Below are positions 1 to 12,339 of a stretch of DNA of 64,000 bases, piece by piece. Position 1 is the first letter of the stretch. The number at the start of each line of letters is the position of its first letter. The DNA is from Eledone cirrhosa (taxonomy: Eukaryota). The notes under the pieces are model-generated. The model did no database searches, was not told where the DNA came from, and was given only the letters and a program-made list of their open reading frames with translations. The translations under genes and the position numbers were made by a program. Location of the stretch: positions 197,842,001 through 197,906,000 of the forward strand of contig OZ024740.1 in NCBI GenBank assembly GCA_964016885.1, in the 5' to 3' direction.

Positions 1-1565
1 CTACGCCTTCATCACACAGAAAATCCCTAAACATGACTTTAGTAACGGAACCAGCTGTAAATTGATAAACTCAGCTAGAATAGAATTAGTATTAACTAGT
101 AAAATAATCTCAAGAGAAATTATCAGCACTAACCTGTAACAGGTGAACAACAAAACATCTGTCATATACTGGTTCAGAGGTATTCCTTCGAAAAATAGAA
201 CTAGGTTCACCTAGTTCGATATAATAGGTTTTACCCGCACAGTTCTAGCTCTGTTTTAAACAAAACCTTATAGTTTTCCCGTAGCTTTGATTATATTATC
301 CACCAGAAATTAGAACTAATCATGCATTACCCAAGGATCCTGATGTTTAACAACGGGAGTATATGATTCAGATCCAGAGTACTCCTTTTACGTCTCAATG
401 GGGTCGTGTGACAACACCGATGTGTGCGAGCTGGTTGGATTATACATTCTCAATACACGGCAGTGTAAATTACCCAATGACGCTATTGGTCTATACCGAG
501 AAGATGGCCTTTGTTTATCACACAATTGAAATGTCCATTTTCTAAACAGGTTTAATATAAGCCGTTCGCATGCTAAGACTTAAAAGCACCGAGGATACGA
601 ACCTCTCTAACGCCAATTTCCTTGGCGTTAACTTAGACTTGGCCTCAGGTACCATATACCTAAAGAATACCATAAATTTATTAGTAGAGGATCCTGCCAT
701 CCCTGTAGTTTAATAAAGAAAAATTAGTCTCTAATATTGGTAGAAAGATTTCTATTCTTTCATCCACCAAGGAGTTATTTGATAAGGCACAGTACTACCA
801 TAAGGACCTTCTAGATAACGGCCCTAAAGACAAGATTAATTACATATCTAACCAACCCCAACTCATCAAACCTAAAAATATAAGTAGAAGTAGAAAAATA
901 ATTGTTTCTACTTTAGGCACAAGGCCAGCAATTACCCAGTGCATTACTGGTACTTTATTTTATCGACCCCGTAAGGATGAAAGGCAAAGTCAACCTTGGC
1001 GGGATTTGAACTCAGATCGTAAAGGGACGTAACTATGCTGGAAAGCATGGCGTCCGACTCTCTACCGATACTGCCAATCCACCGCCCTGTGGATTGCCAG
1101 TATCGGTAGAAGTAGAAAAATATCGGTAGAAGTAGAAAAATAATCTCGTTCATCCCTACTACTTTAACGTAAAGTAGGTAAGAAGTTTTTAGATCTGTCA
1201 GAGATACAGTAAAATATTCAGGAGGCGTGCTGTGGAGATAATCTATTCCTACTGAGCTTCCATGAGATCGAAAATAACTGCTAAAACAAAACCGATAAAG
1301 ATCCAAAATGCTCTTACAGGATAAACGAAGACTTCTCTGCTGCAAAGCTGTAATATCAAGTATTTGAGGTACAAATTACACCTATCACCACAAAACATGC
1401 AGGGAGCAGTGAAAGATATTTTTAATGGTACAAGATCTATTTAAGCAATGATTCTACTCACATATGTCTTAATTTAGGCACCCTGAAATGAAGACCGTCA
1501 TAGGCCTGGCAAAACGAGTCTGGCAGTTAAAAGATAAAGGAGTACCTCATAAAATAAAAATGGAG
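1..1565 (+). pseudogene. Decayed Naiad-type Penelope-like RT/GIY-YIG fragment, interrupted by a SINE at ~901-1110
   Basis: Around 398-450 the DNA reads MGSCDNTDVCELVGLYIL, matching the MGSNDSAEVTDLVGIYI motif of the intact ORF at 53418-55358. An NFLGVxLDL-like motif lies near 615-640. Many frameshifts; boundaries approximate. Confidence 0.65.
901..1088 (-). mobile_element. tRNA-derived SINE with Meta-type central domain
   Basis: Minus strand has an A-box-like TGGCAGTATCGG, B-box GAGTTCAAATCC, then GCCTTTCATCCTTACGGGGTCGATAAAATAAAGTACC. Flanked by the duplication GTAGAAGTAGAAAAATA (884-900 and 1106/1126). Confidence 0.85.
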
Positions 1566-1683
1566 AAATGTCCAGACCATCATTTGTGTTTGGATAAATG
1601 GTACTAAATCGAAACCATTTAATGTGGAAGTCGGACTCCGCCAGGGGTGCATACTGTCACTCTCCTGTTCATTATTTACATGA

Positions 1684-1790
1684 ACCGCCGAGGTTGACTT
1701 TGCCTTTCATCCTTACGGGGTCGATAAAATAAAGTACCAGTAATTCACTGGGTAATTGCTGGCATTGTGCCTAAAGCAGAAACAATTATT
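1684..1790 (+). mobile_element. 5'-truncated copy of the same SINE
   Basis: Near-identical to the 3' part of the 901-1088 SINE in opposite orientation. Confidence 0.85.
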
Positions 1791-1844
1791 TACATGAACA
1801 GGATTGGATTGTGCAACCGAATTGTAAGTGATATCATGACTGGC

Positions 1845-2160
1845 GGTTGCAAAAAAAGTCGGCTGGAATTTGCAGACGACATAGTTTACTTAGCTCGACA
1901 GAAAGTGATCTCCTACTTGCACACGATAGGTTTGATGCCGAGTGCTGCATGGTTGCAATGAAAATCAGTGCTGCGAAAATTGAGATACTCGTCCTCTCAA
2001 GGAAGCCTACACATGCTCTCTACATGAAAATGGAGTCCCACTGAATCAGGTTGAGAAGTTCAAGTATATCGGGGCTGTGTTCACGAGTGATGGAAGACAG
2101 GAGGCTGAATTCAGTGCAAGAATTACAGGAGCTGGTGTAGTAACGCGCCTGCCTCGGCAT
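1845..2160 (+). pseudogene. RTE-like LINE reverse transcriptase fragment
   Basis: EFADDIVYLA and VEKFKYIG motifs, frameshifted. Confidence 0.6.
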
Positions 2161-2504
2161 TCAGTAATAGTTATTTTCTGTTTGCTTTTCCTACATTTTC
2201 TATGAACCTCATAATTTGTCAGCTCTTCAAAGGTTCAACTTTGCACAAGTTTATTGTTTACATGTCAAAGCTATTTGATGTAGATTGTGATTTACTCGTT
2301 GTTTGTTGTCAAAGGCCGTTTAGCTCAATGGTTAAAGATATGGAATTCGATTCTTCATAGCGACCGTTGTTCACTATTTTCCCGTCTACAAGGGGTCTTC
2401 ACTCGATTTTCTGAGATACTCATAGCAACCAGATCTATTGACAGTTATTTTCTGCGTTTGAGTTTTCCTGCATTTTCTTTCTCATCCCTCTCTCTTCCCC
2501 CGCT

Positions 2505-2571
<67 letters not shown>

Positions 2572-2575
2572 CTCT

Positions 2576-2627
<52 letters not shown>

Positions 2628-2635
<8 letters not shown>

Positions 2636-3340
2636 ATACTTTGGGAGGGTCATGTTGCCAATAAGAAACACACGCACCAGTTGCTTTCACTTCAATTTAT
2701 TATAATAAATTTATAATAAATTAAAAAATTTATAAATTTCTGGTTGGTTGGTTGGTTCCACAACCAGATAGTTGTTTATATATAGTCATAGTTCTTTCGT
2801 CACACACTCTGTGACCTCTTCAGTGACTGGGGATTCCTTTCTTTGTTTCTGTGCCTCTCCTTTGTTCTGTCCTACACCATTTTGTTTCTGTGTGTGTGTT
2901 GTGTGCTCAGTCTGCGCATGCGCCACATCCGGGTGTCTGTGTGTGTTTATGTTCATTTATTTATTTGTTTATTTACATGTTACTGGTTGGTTGTTTGTTC
3001 TATGTGTGTGTGTGTGTTTTCATTTTGTCCTTAATTGTAAGTTGTGATGTTGCTGTTCCACTCATATTTTCTATTTAATTTTGGTTGTAATTCTTTTATG
3101 TTTATTGCCTCTGTAATTTGTCTAAACATTGCGTCTTTTCTGTGTGTAGATTCTATTTTTATTTCTATGTTCTCTAATTTACCTTTGTGTTCTATTTTAG
3201 CATGTTGGTAGAGTACAGATGATTCTTTACTATCTTGAAGGTCTCGCCAGTGTTCATTTATCCGTTCCCCTACACTACGAGCTGTCTCACCTATGTACAC
3301 TATATTTTTGTCTCTACATTGTCCTTCAGTACATCTTATG
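2628..3340 (-). mobile_element. 3' end of a Neptune-like PLE (GIY-YIG C-terminus plus terminal repeat)
   Basis: ORF 3031-3300 YIGETARSVGERINEH...LNRKYEW is almost identical to 57892-58521. The 3' UTR is shared with the 24804-25868 palindrome. Confidence 0.9.
2784..2828 (-). ncRNA. Minimal type I hammerhead-like motif in PLE terminal repeat
   Basis: AGTCA-CTGAAGA-G-GTCACA gagtg TGTGAC-GAAA-GAAC-TA-TGACT: stems I and II pair and both core boxes are present. Confidence 0.7.
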
Positions 3341-3586
3341 CGTGAAAGGTCTTTCTAAAAACGAAACAATACCTCCTACGTTAACCAAGAACTCCTAAGA
3401 CCTAACCAACAACCAACGACTTAATTTATAAAACATTTTTATTTTTTTATTTTTTATAATCCTGAAAAAAATTCTTTTTGGATTTTGTGAAGAAAATAAA
3501 TTTGTTGAAAGCACAAGTGAAGCCATTTTTTTCTTCCCCCCTGTCTTAATATACCTAACTGTACCAAGGATTACACACATTTTCCA

Positions 3587-3629
<43 letters not shown>

Positions 3630-3633
3630 CACT

Positions 3634-3732
3634 CAAGGTGTCCCAAAAATGTATACACACTTCAACAACATTGTATTAAATATTGCCTGTACGAGTAATC
3701 GATGTGTGTATACATTTTTTGGGGACACCCTG
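3634..3732. mobile_element. Tc1/mariner-type MITE
   Basis: Imperfect ~27-bp TIRs CA(A/G)GGTGTCCC(C)AAAAATGTATACACAC, in a TA context. Confidence 0.7.
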
Positions 3733-4569
3733 TATATATATATATATATTTATGTGTGTGTGTGTGTGTGTCTGTGTGTCTGTGTGTGTTTGTGTGTGTG
3801 TGTGTGTTTCTGTGTGTGTTTGTGTGTGTGTGTGTTTGTGTGTGTATGTGTGTTTGTGTGTGTGTGTATGTGTGTGTGTGTGAGAGAGGCCCAAGCGCAG
3901 AAATGAAGTAATAATAGTTGATCACTATAGGTAATAGATGAGAAAAGAAGGTAAATTACTCCTAGAGACGGAGAACAGTGAATAGATGCGTTTGCCCAAC
4001 TTTCCCCAACAGTATTTTGATGTTACAGTGTATTTACGGCGCTTCGACTCTGACATTTTCATATTGCGCTTCGATAATTCATAAAGTTTATATATATATA
4101 TATATATGGTATAACCAAGGATCTGGGTAGAATGAAACCTTTTATATGATTTACGTACGTTTCAGTAACTATAAGAGTTAACAAAAAAATGTGTAAAATG
4201 TATCTTCTCAGTGTAATACATGTATATGGGAAATATAAATCCATATACAAGTAATGTTTCACAAGCACAACGGGAGTGTGAATAAAAACAAAACATTAAA
4301 AAATATATATGAAAAGGCGAAATATCCCTAAACATGCTAAATTAAATTATACAGTTGGATCTTCGGAAGCAATATAACGTAAAATGTATAAACCTACATA
4401 GGATAAGGAGCAGAAATAACATCTCTTACGTTATTGGCATTTCTCTACTAAACTGATTTCACAGCTTATTTAACTTTATATATGGCAACGCTCTTGCCCA
4501 GTCGAGCGCTCACCTATACACGTTCACCCAAACTACAATCACCAAACCACATATAACGGACCTCGTCGA

Positions 4570-4700
4570 AATAGATTATTTCCTACAGAACATTCCTACC
4601 CCTTCAAATAGGACTTTCTCGAAACTTCTGCAGAAAGTCGAAGATGTGGTTAAACGCCTTCGATGGCGAGCATTGCCGTATAATGGAAAATTATCTGGCA
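4570..4700 (+). pseudogene. Naiad-type PLE ORF N-terminal fragment
   Basis: Reads DYFLQNIPTPS...QKVEDVVKRLRWRA, resembling the conserved NIP...KRxRWxA N-terminal region of these elements. Confidence 0.55.
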
Positions 4701-5674
4701 TAATCAGGTCCGGCGCTACCATATAGACAAACTAGGAAGACGCCTAGGGCGCTGATTCCACTTGTGCATTTCTCCAAATCAATAGCAATTTTGAAAAATA
4801 AATAGATATAATTCAGTTTTATTGAGGGTCATTTTCTATTCTGGTTTACTTCATACAGGGACAAATAATCGGATAGATTCAGTCTGACCAGAACAAACAA
4901 AATGAGCGAGTGAAAATCTCGCGTATACGAAACTTTCAGGACGCAATTACGCTCGGGTGTTTTTATATTATCCAAAAGCTTTTCCGACATTCACTTAACA
5001 ATGTTGTAAGAGGGCAATTTTGTCGTCGTGATTAGTTTAGCTCTTTGCACTCTAAAGTGGTAAGAAAACTTCGATATGCGATTAACCTAACACGTACATA
5101 AATTGAAATTGCAGCGCATGTCCAAATAGATGTGTATTTTGGTAGTTTGTGGAGAAAATATAATTATTGGAGGGGGGCATGCCCACCAACCAGTTCCACC
5201 ACCACTGTATACATAATTAAAAAAAATTATGCTCTGTGCCCTTTCCTAAGGGGTTAATATATCGAGCCTTTTCGCATTTGGTAAGAAATTAGTATTATAT
5301 CTTATATCTAATTTATTCATCTCATATATATATATATATATATAAAGGAACAAAGAATCAGCGTTGCCTCATATACATATTTAATTACATATTACATATT
5401 TCAATGCCGATCAGCTCGAGAAACGATCGATCAATGACCGATCCTGACTCTGGAATCAGAAGCTCCTGATATATATCACCAGGATCACCAGTCTTGTCTG
5501 GTGAGTACGCAGGTGCAACTCCAGAGTAACAAGGCTTAGCCATGATAAATGAATATTTAAATCCTACTTCGGTATTAAGTGTTCATTCTTACGTCCGTCA
5601 CTAATTCACGTACTCTCAGGTCTAGAATAATCGTCCCCACCCACCGCTTATTAATTTGTTAGACTTTTCCACCC

Positions 5675-6370
5675 TTACCCCATCTCTATATCAATTAACA
5701 CCAAACCCTCCCCCTCTCTATATCTATCAATACTTATTTCTATCAATCCTCTCACTCTATTCATTATCACCAAATACACCCCCTCTCTATATCTACCACA
5801 CGGATCTCTCTTCCAAGCCCCTCTCTATATCAACTAGCACAAAACTCTGCACTTCTCTATATCTACAAGACGAACTCTCTTCCAATACCCCTCTCAATAT
5901 CATTTATTACCAAACTACCCCCTCTCTATATCTACCATACAGCACTCTCTCTCATTCCCTCTCACTCTAGCCATCACTACAAAAACTCTCCTCCTCTGTA
6001 TATCTACTACACGGAATTGTCTTCCAACCCATCTCTATATATCAATTACCACAAACTTCTCCCCCTCTCTATATCAACCACACGGTACTCTCTTCGACCC
6101 CCCTCTCTATCAATTAGCACCAAACTCTCCCCCTCTGCATGTTTATCACACGGAACTCTTTTCCAATACCCCTCTCTATATCAATTATTACCAAACTATC
6201 CCCCTTTCTATATCTACCATAAAACACTATCTCTCATTCCCTCTCACTCTATCCATCCCTATCAAACTCTCCCCCTCTCTATATCTACTACAGAGGAAAT
6301 CTCTTCCAATCCCCCTCTCTATATCAATCAACACAAAGCCCTGCCCCTCTCTATATCAATTACCACTTGA
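5675..6370 (+). repeat. Degenerate minisatellite (~30-bp units CCCCTCTCTATATCAATTACCACCAAACTCT)
   Basis: CTCTCTATATC/CTCTATATC recurs about every 30 bp. The same repeat resumes at ~12085-12240 after the LINE. Confidence 0.85.
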
Positions 6371-6597
6371 TATAGACGTGAATTACTTCGCTCCGGACTT
6401 TTACGGATTATTGTCAAAAAACCTGTGAGTTCATTGCTCAATTTAATAGCATTGTTTAGTTTAACCCCTTGCCTGGGCCTTCATACGTTGAGTCAACTAA
6501 TTTTCGCCCCTTTCTGGGGCGAAATTTTCATTTTCATCTCAAAACTGAGTAGACTTGGTAGTCAGCAAGGGATGCCATTTCCACCTCGCACACTGTC

Positions 6598-8391
6598 GTG
6601 AGTGCCACGCCCACTAAGAAAAGTGGTGGAGGGAAGGTAGGAGTACAAAGCTTGCAGCCTTCCCCCCTCGCATTATCGAAAAACGTTGAAAATATTGAAA
6701 CCACGAAACCAAACCCGGTAAATAATACCAGCACCAACAACAAGAACAATGACAATAACACCACAACCAACAACTGCAACAATAGCAACACCAAGGAAAA
6801 CATGAACAATATTACCAACAGTGACAACAACAGCAGCAACAAAAAAGACAACAACACCAAAACAACATTCGCACAGACTGTAAAAAAAAATGAACTATAC
6901 ACGCCAATAGACATAACAAATGTTAAACAACTATTACAAGACGCAAAACAATTCGTGACTTTTGGCGAAAACGGTGCTTTTAGCATCAATTCTCCACAGG
7001 ATTTACGTAGAGAGGCTGTCCTGAAAACCACAGTTTTCAGGACAATATCGAACGAAACAAGAAAACCAGCTCAATTATCACAAAATGAAATTGAGCTGGT
7101 TCTAAAAGATGCAATGAAGGACATAACCTTCATACATTTCGGTGCTAATGAACAACCAGTCAACAGCACAAAAGTACTCGGTATCACCCATTGTGTCCCC
7201 CCGCTTCACCCTTTTCCCCACATACAGGGGATAAAGGACACAAAGAATAAAAATAATGAGTATCACACCAAATGTAAATATTTGGTGGATACTATGTGGA
7301 ATCATTGACTTTGATGAAGACAAGATAATTTCAATAGGAAAGTCCTCCGGAGGTGTATTTGGTGGGACCAGCGTAGAAGTTCTGGTGCAAATGAGCCCAG
7401 AACGAATAGCGAATACCCCACAACGCGTGCCTCTGGACGGGCTAACTTTTCAGTGAAGGGAAGGCGGCCGTCATGTTACCACTGCTTAAGCAGGGGTCAC
7501 CTGAGGGCTGCCTCTCCTCAATTAACGAGTAAAAAAAAGGCTCTTCTGCCAACCCCGAACACAACAACACAACCACCACCACCACCACCACCACCACCAC
7601 CACCACCACCACCACCACCACCACCACCACCACCACCACAACAACAACAACAACCACAACAACACGGAAAAATAACAATACAAAACACTGTTCCACCCAA
7701 CCCCTCCCCACCTAAAACAAATACAAAAGCAACCACAACAAAACCCCAAAATATACCCCTCCCCAACAACACGGAAGAGGACTCCGTATCAACGTCACCC
7801 AGTGACAACGAGGGAGAACCCTTTCAACAGGTGAAAAGGAAAAAAAAAGGCACCACATTAACAAACATGCTACAAACACACAACCACCAGCACAAACAGA
7901 ACAAACATCACAAACAAAAAAACCCACCCCTCCCCAAAACATAACACATACTACAAAACGCAAACACGCACAAGAACAACAAACAAAAACAAACACAACA
8001 CAACAAAAACTCTATACATACATTAACAAGAACAATAAAACTTTGATGAAAGCGATAGAAAATAACCCTTCGGTGGAAACCGAAGGGATCACTTTCACCT
8101 ACGCAGCGAACAAACCGCACCTAATGATGATTAGGGTCCCAACGGAAACCTATGTAACTTTGAAAAAGAACCATCCAATGCATGTGGGGACCAACTGCAC
8201 CAAACCACTATAACAGCGTCCTATTGAGATGTTTCCCCACCCCCACACCAAACACCCACACCCCACCAAACACCCTAATCCCACCACACACTGATGTCCT
8301 CACCCCACCACAAACCACCACCCCACCAAACAACCCTTCCAACACCCCCATGGAAATTGTGCAGACTGGTCCCCAGGAGACGAAGAGGTAA
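6598..8391 (+). pseudogene. Tx1 LINE ORF1 (gag-like), frameshifted
   Basis: ORFs 6598-7308, 7453-7944 and 8182-8391. CYHCLSRGHLRAA knuckle remnant, (CCA)n poly-Pro, homology to 34439-35955. Confidence 0.8.
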
Positions 8392-8433
8392 GTAATTTCC
8401 TTTCCTCTTCCTTTTTAACTCTTCAGCACCAAC

Positions 8434-11400
8434 ATGGCCAATATAAGAGTTGGATGTGTGAATGCACGCGGCCTGGGGATGTCCTGGAAACAGGACAAAC
8501 TCTTAAATGACCTCAGGTCGCACAGAGTGGATGTAATGGTTATTTGCGAGTCCAGGATCAGCAGCGAGCGCCAACTGGCCCCCATCTTCGACGAGTTTGA
8601 GATCTACGCATCTCTCTGTCAGCCGAGGGGTGGGGGTGGGGTTGTCGTTCTGCTGCGAAAATACCTGGGTCTTGCCACACAGAAGGTGCACCTGGACCCG
8701 AAGGGTCGATTGGTGGTTTTAGACGTCGGCAGTGGTGAAAGTGGAGCTTTCAGGCTGGTGGCAGCGTATGCCCCATCTGGGACACCGCGACCGGATTTCT
8801 TCCGACGCCTGGTGAATTTCCTGGGAACGATTCGCTCCTTGCTTTTAGTGGGGGACTGGAATGGTATCCTGGATGCACGTTGGGACTATGTAGGGGCATA
8901 TCCCAATAGAGGGGGGTGTAACAGCCTCAAACGATTAATCGGCCGATTTGATCTGGCCAATAAATATCGACTAGATTTTCCGACTGTGTCACTGTGGACA
9001 TGGACTAATCGCAGCGGAACATCTAGGTCGTACCTAGATAGGTTCCTAGTTAGAAGTAAGGATAGGGACATATTAAGCTGTCCACGAATGTTCATGGTTG
9101 ACTATTCGGATCACAAGTTGGTGACCGGAGTGGTCAACCTTGATAGAACTCATAGACAGGGACCCGGTTACTGGAAGCTAAACTTGTCTTTACCGACAAA
9201 CATGCTTACAGTAAGCGGATTAGCACACTAGTTAAGCAGCGTTTGTGGGGGAAATTGTCAACAGCAGGTGGTGGGGCTCTCTCAAGAGAGAAATTAGAAT
9301 AGAATCGATAGGTTTTAGTCGGGAATTAGAATCAGATAGGAATAGAACTGAAAGGGAATTAACAAATAGAGTAGAAGAGGCGATTAGGAGTGGCAACGTG
9401 GCCGGCGTGCTGGCGTCAAGAACGGCCCTAGACCAGTTCTTTGATGCGAAGCACGAGGGCTGCGTTGTCAGGAGTAAAATACGTGCTCTGGGTAACGAGG
9501 GAACCAAAGCTGTTAGCTGAGCCCGAGTGACAGAGGAAAAAAGTGGAAACAAGTCCACGATTCGGTCTTTGAAGGACCAGGATGGACGCGTGATCCTTGA
9601 ACCTGAGCGGATGAGCGCGGCCTTTCAACGGCGCTTTGCACGACTGTTCGGGAGGGGCGGCGGGCCGGGTTGGGCCATGGATTTCGGTCCATACCTCGAC
9701 GGTTTGGCGCGGCTCTCGGACGGGGAGGCGAAGTCCTGCGAGAGGCCGATTTCACCGCTGAAATAGGGGAAGCGCTGAGCAAATGCGGCAAACGCAAATC
9801 TCCGGGTCTCGATGGTATACCATACGAACTTTATGTAGCGATGCCGAGCTTGTTCTCCGGTCTCCTCGAGGCGGTCTACTGCAACTGGCAACAGAACGGG
9901 AGAATTCCCTGTTCTGTGACCAAGGGCGTAGCCACGCTGGTGAAGAAGGACGAGAACAAGGGGGATGACATAGATAACTTCAGGCCCATAACTCTGCTAA
10001 ACACAGAGTTAAAGATTTTGGCCAAGGTGTTAGCGAAGAGGTTGGCGCTTGTCGCCGGGAACCTGGTGGGAGAAGCGCAGACATGCGCAATCCCGTCCAG
10101 GTCCATACACGACAACCTCCACCTCATGCGATACATCGTAGAGAGGGTAAGGAACGAACCCGGCTTTGGTGGGGCCCTGATCAACTTGGATCAATCTAAG
10201 GCGTTCGATAGGGTTGACCATCGGTACCTGGATGCGGTTCTCGCGGCTGCAGGCTTCGGACCCGTTTTTAGGGGCTGGATTGCTGCAATGCACATCAGCA
10301 ACACCTGCTCGAGGGTCAAGGTGAACGGCTACCTCTCGGAGCCGTTCCAAATCACACGATCCATCCGACAGGGATGCCGTCTCTCCTCCCTCCTGTATGT
10401 GCTGGCTCTCGAGCCACTACTGCTGAAGCTGGAGCTGTTGCAGGGCATCCCCTTGGAACCGGGATTGCGGAAAGCGGTGTCGGCCTACGCCGATGACGTG
10501 ACAGTAATGGTGTCGTGCGCCTCGGAAATCGGGCAGATCGGCACCTTACTGGAGGAATATGAAAGGTTCACAGGAGCCAAGCTGAACCGGGACAAGTCCG
10601 TCGGTTTGCAACTCGGGGCGTTGAGGGGCAAAACGATGCCCTCCGACGGCATTGTCGGACGCTGGACGGAGGGACCGGTGAAGCTGCTCGGGGTCTGGTT
10701 CGGACCGGACCTCCAGGTGTAGAAAAACTGGGACGAGGTAACGGGCAAGGTGTTTGCACTCGCCCAGAAGTGGGCCGAGTGCAAACTATCCCTGAAAGGT
10801 CGAGCGGAGGTGGCGAACGCTTATATAGCGTCCGTCATCTACTACCGCTTGACCGTCGTGCCTTGCTCAGAGAAAACACTCGCCAAAATGGAGCGCGCGC
10901 TCTTCCGATTTCTTTGGAAGAAGTGGGCTCCTTTGGTGAGAAGATCCATCTGCTATCAACACCCTTCGAACGGAGGGCTGGGTATGCCGTGGCTGACGAT
11001 GCGTAGACACGCATTAAGGCTACGGCACCTCCAGGTATTCCTCACCGGTCAGCTGGTGTGGGCCCTGTTTGTGAGGCGAGCCTTTCCGAGACTCGTCTCA
11101 CTCACCGAGCTGCAATCCTGGGTCAAGCAAAGACCGAGAAAAGTGGGCGACTGGCACATTGAATATGCCCAGGCGTTCACGGCCCTCTGGCAAGCGGATC
11201 CGGCAATGAGTGGAGACTCAACCTCAACATTCTATAGAGGGTTGGTGCGCAGTAAGTGCGACGACGCTCTCGGAGAAGCTCTGGACATGGAGGAAGATGA
11301 GCTGGCCAGTCTGTTCGGTAGGACGTTTGGCCCGGGACCCATGGACAACTTCCAAAAGTGCCTGGCTTGGCAATGTTACCGAGGAGCTCTACCCGTTCGG

Positions 11401-11823
11401 GACAAGCTCTACAGATGCGTGCGTGACGAGGTAACCGTCGCACACGAATTCGTACACTGCCCGGGCGTTGCTGATCTGTGGGGCTATGTGGAACGACTAC
11501 TGCCGGGGGTGGGACCAATCCGGTTGACCACGGAGAACATTGTCACGATCAAACCGCCTCCCTCTTTCAAAAACGAAGGAGAGGCGGTTTTCCTCTGTGT
11601 GATATCCATGGCGAAAGAAGTTTTATGGTGGACAAGGTTGAAAGGGCTGAGGTCAGACACCTTTCTCTCCGGCCAACAACTGGTCTTTTTTTTCAAGTAC
11701 CACTTTAGAAGAAGGATCAGAATGGAGAGAGAGGTGCTCTACCCCAGCAAGTTTTATGAAAGGTGGGTGAAAGTAGCGAGAATGGCCCGAGTGAATGGGC
11801 CGTCTCTCTATATCAGCCTGTAG
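8434..11823 (+). pseudogene. Tx1 LINE ORF2: AP endonuclease plus reverse transcriptase, frameshifted
   Basis: NARGL, GDWN, YLDR, SDHK (APE); SPGLDG, RPITLLN, DQSKAFD, RQGC, YADD (RT); GGLG. Split over ORFs 8434-9231, 9245-9520, 9527-9766, 9670-10722 and 10750-11823. Confidence 0.95.
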
Positions 11824-12339
11824 GTGAGAGAGGAGAAGAATGAGAAGAGGAAGGAAGCACCCGCTCTTTGTGCTCCTGAAGAGGAGGGTTGCACATTTGT
11901 TCGGGAGTGTGTGCGACCCATGTCAACGCCCCTCCCTATTGAGGACATCGATTGTTAAATTTAATTTGTTATATGTTTTTTACACGTGTTTTTAAATGTA
12001 TGTAAACTCCCCCTTTTGTATTTGTCCCAATCTTTGATGCCCTGGTGGCAAATAAATAGAAATTTATATCTAATATACAATACGCTGTCTATATATATAC
12101 ACTGTCTATATCAATTATTACCAAACTCTCCTACTCTCTATATCTACTAAACGGAACTCTCTTCCAATCCCCCTCTCTATATCAAATACCACCAAACTCT
12201 CCCCCTCTGTATATCTATATCTATCTCTCCCATCTGTCTCTACATAACATGTAAATACATCGTAGTTCATATACAAATAGATGTGTGTTTAACCTTGCCT
12301 AGAGTGCCAGATAGTCTGGCGTCGGCCATCGGCACAGTG

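Larger units (their letters stand above)
6372..12062 (+). mobile_element. Near-full-length Tx1/L1-clade LINE (copy A), disrupted
   Basis: 5' UTR, then ORF1 pieces with a Zn-knuckle remnant, then ORF2 with APE, RT and C-terminal domain, a short 3' UTR and AATAAA. Several frameshifts and stops. Confidence 0.92.

Noticed and set aside
2314-2370. tRNA-like GGCCGTTTAGCTCAATGGTTAAAG
   Set aside because: No complete cloverleaf; likely a SINE head remnant.
5675-6370. Regularly spaced ~30-bp repeats suggestive of a CRISPR array
   Set aside because: Degenerate tandem units with no unique spacers, no cas genes, and a eukaryotic context.
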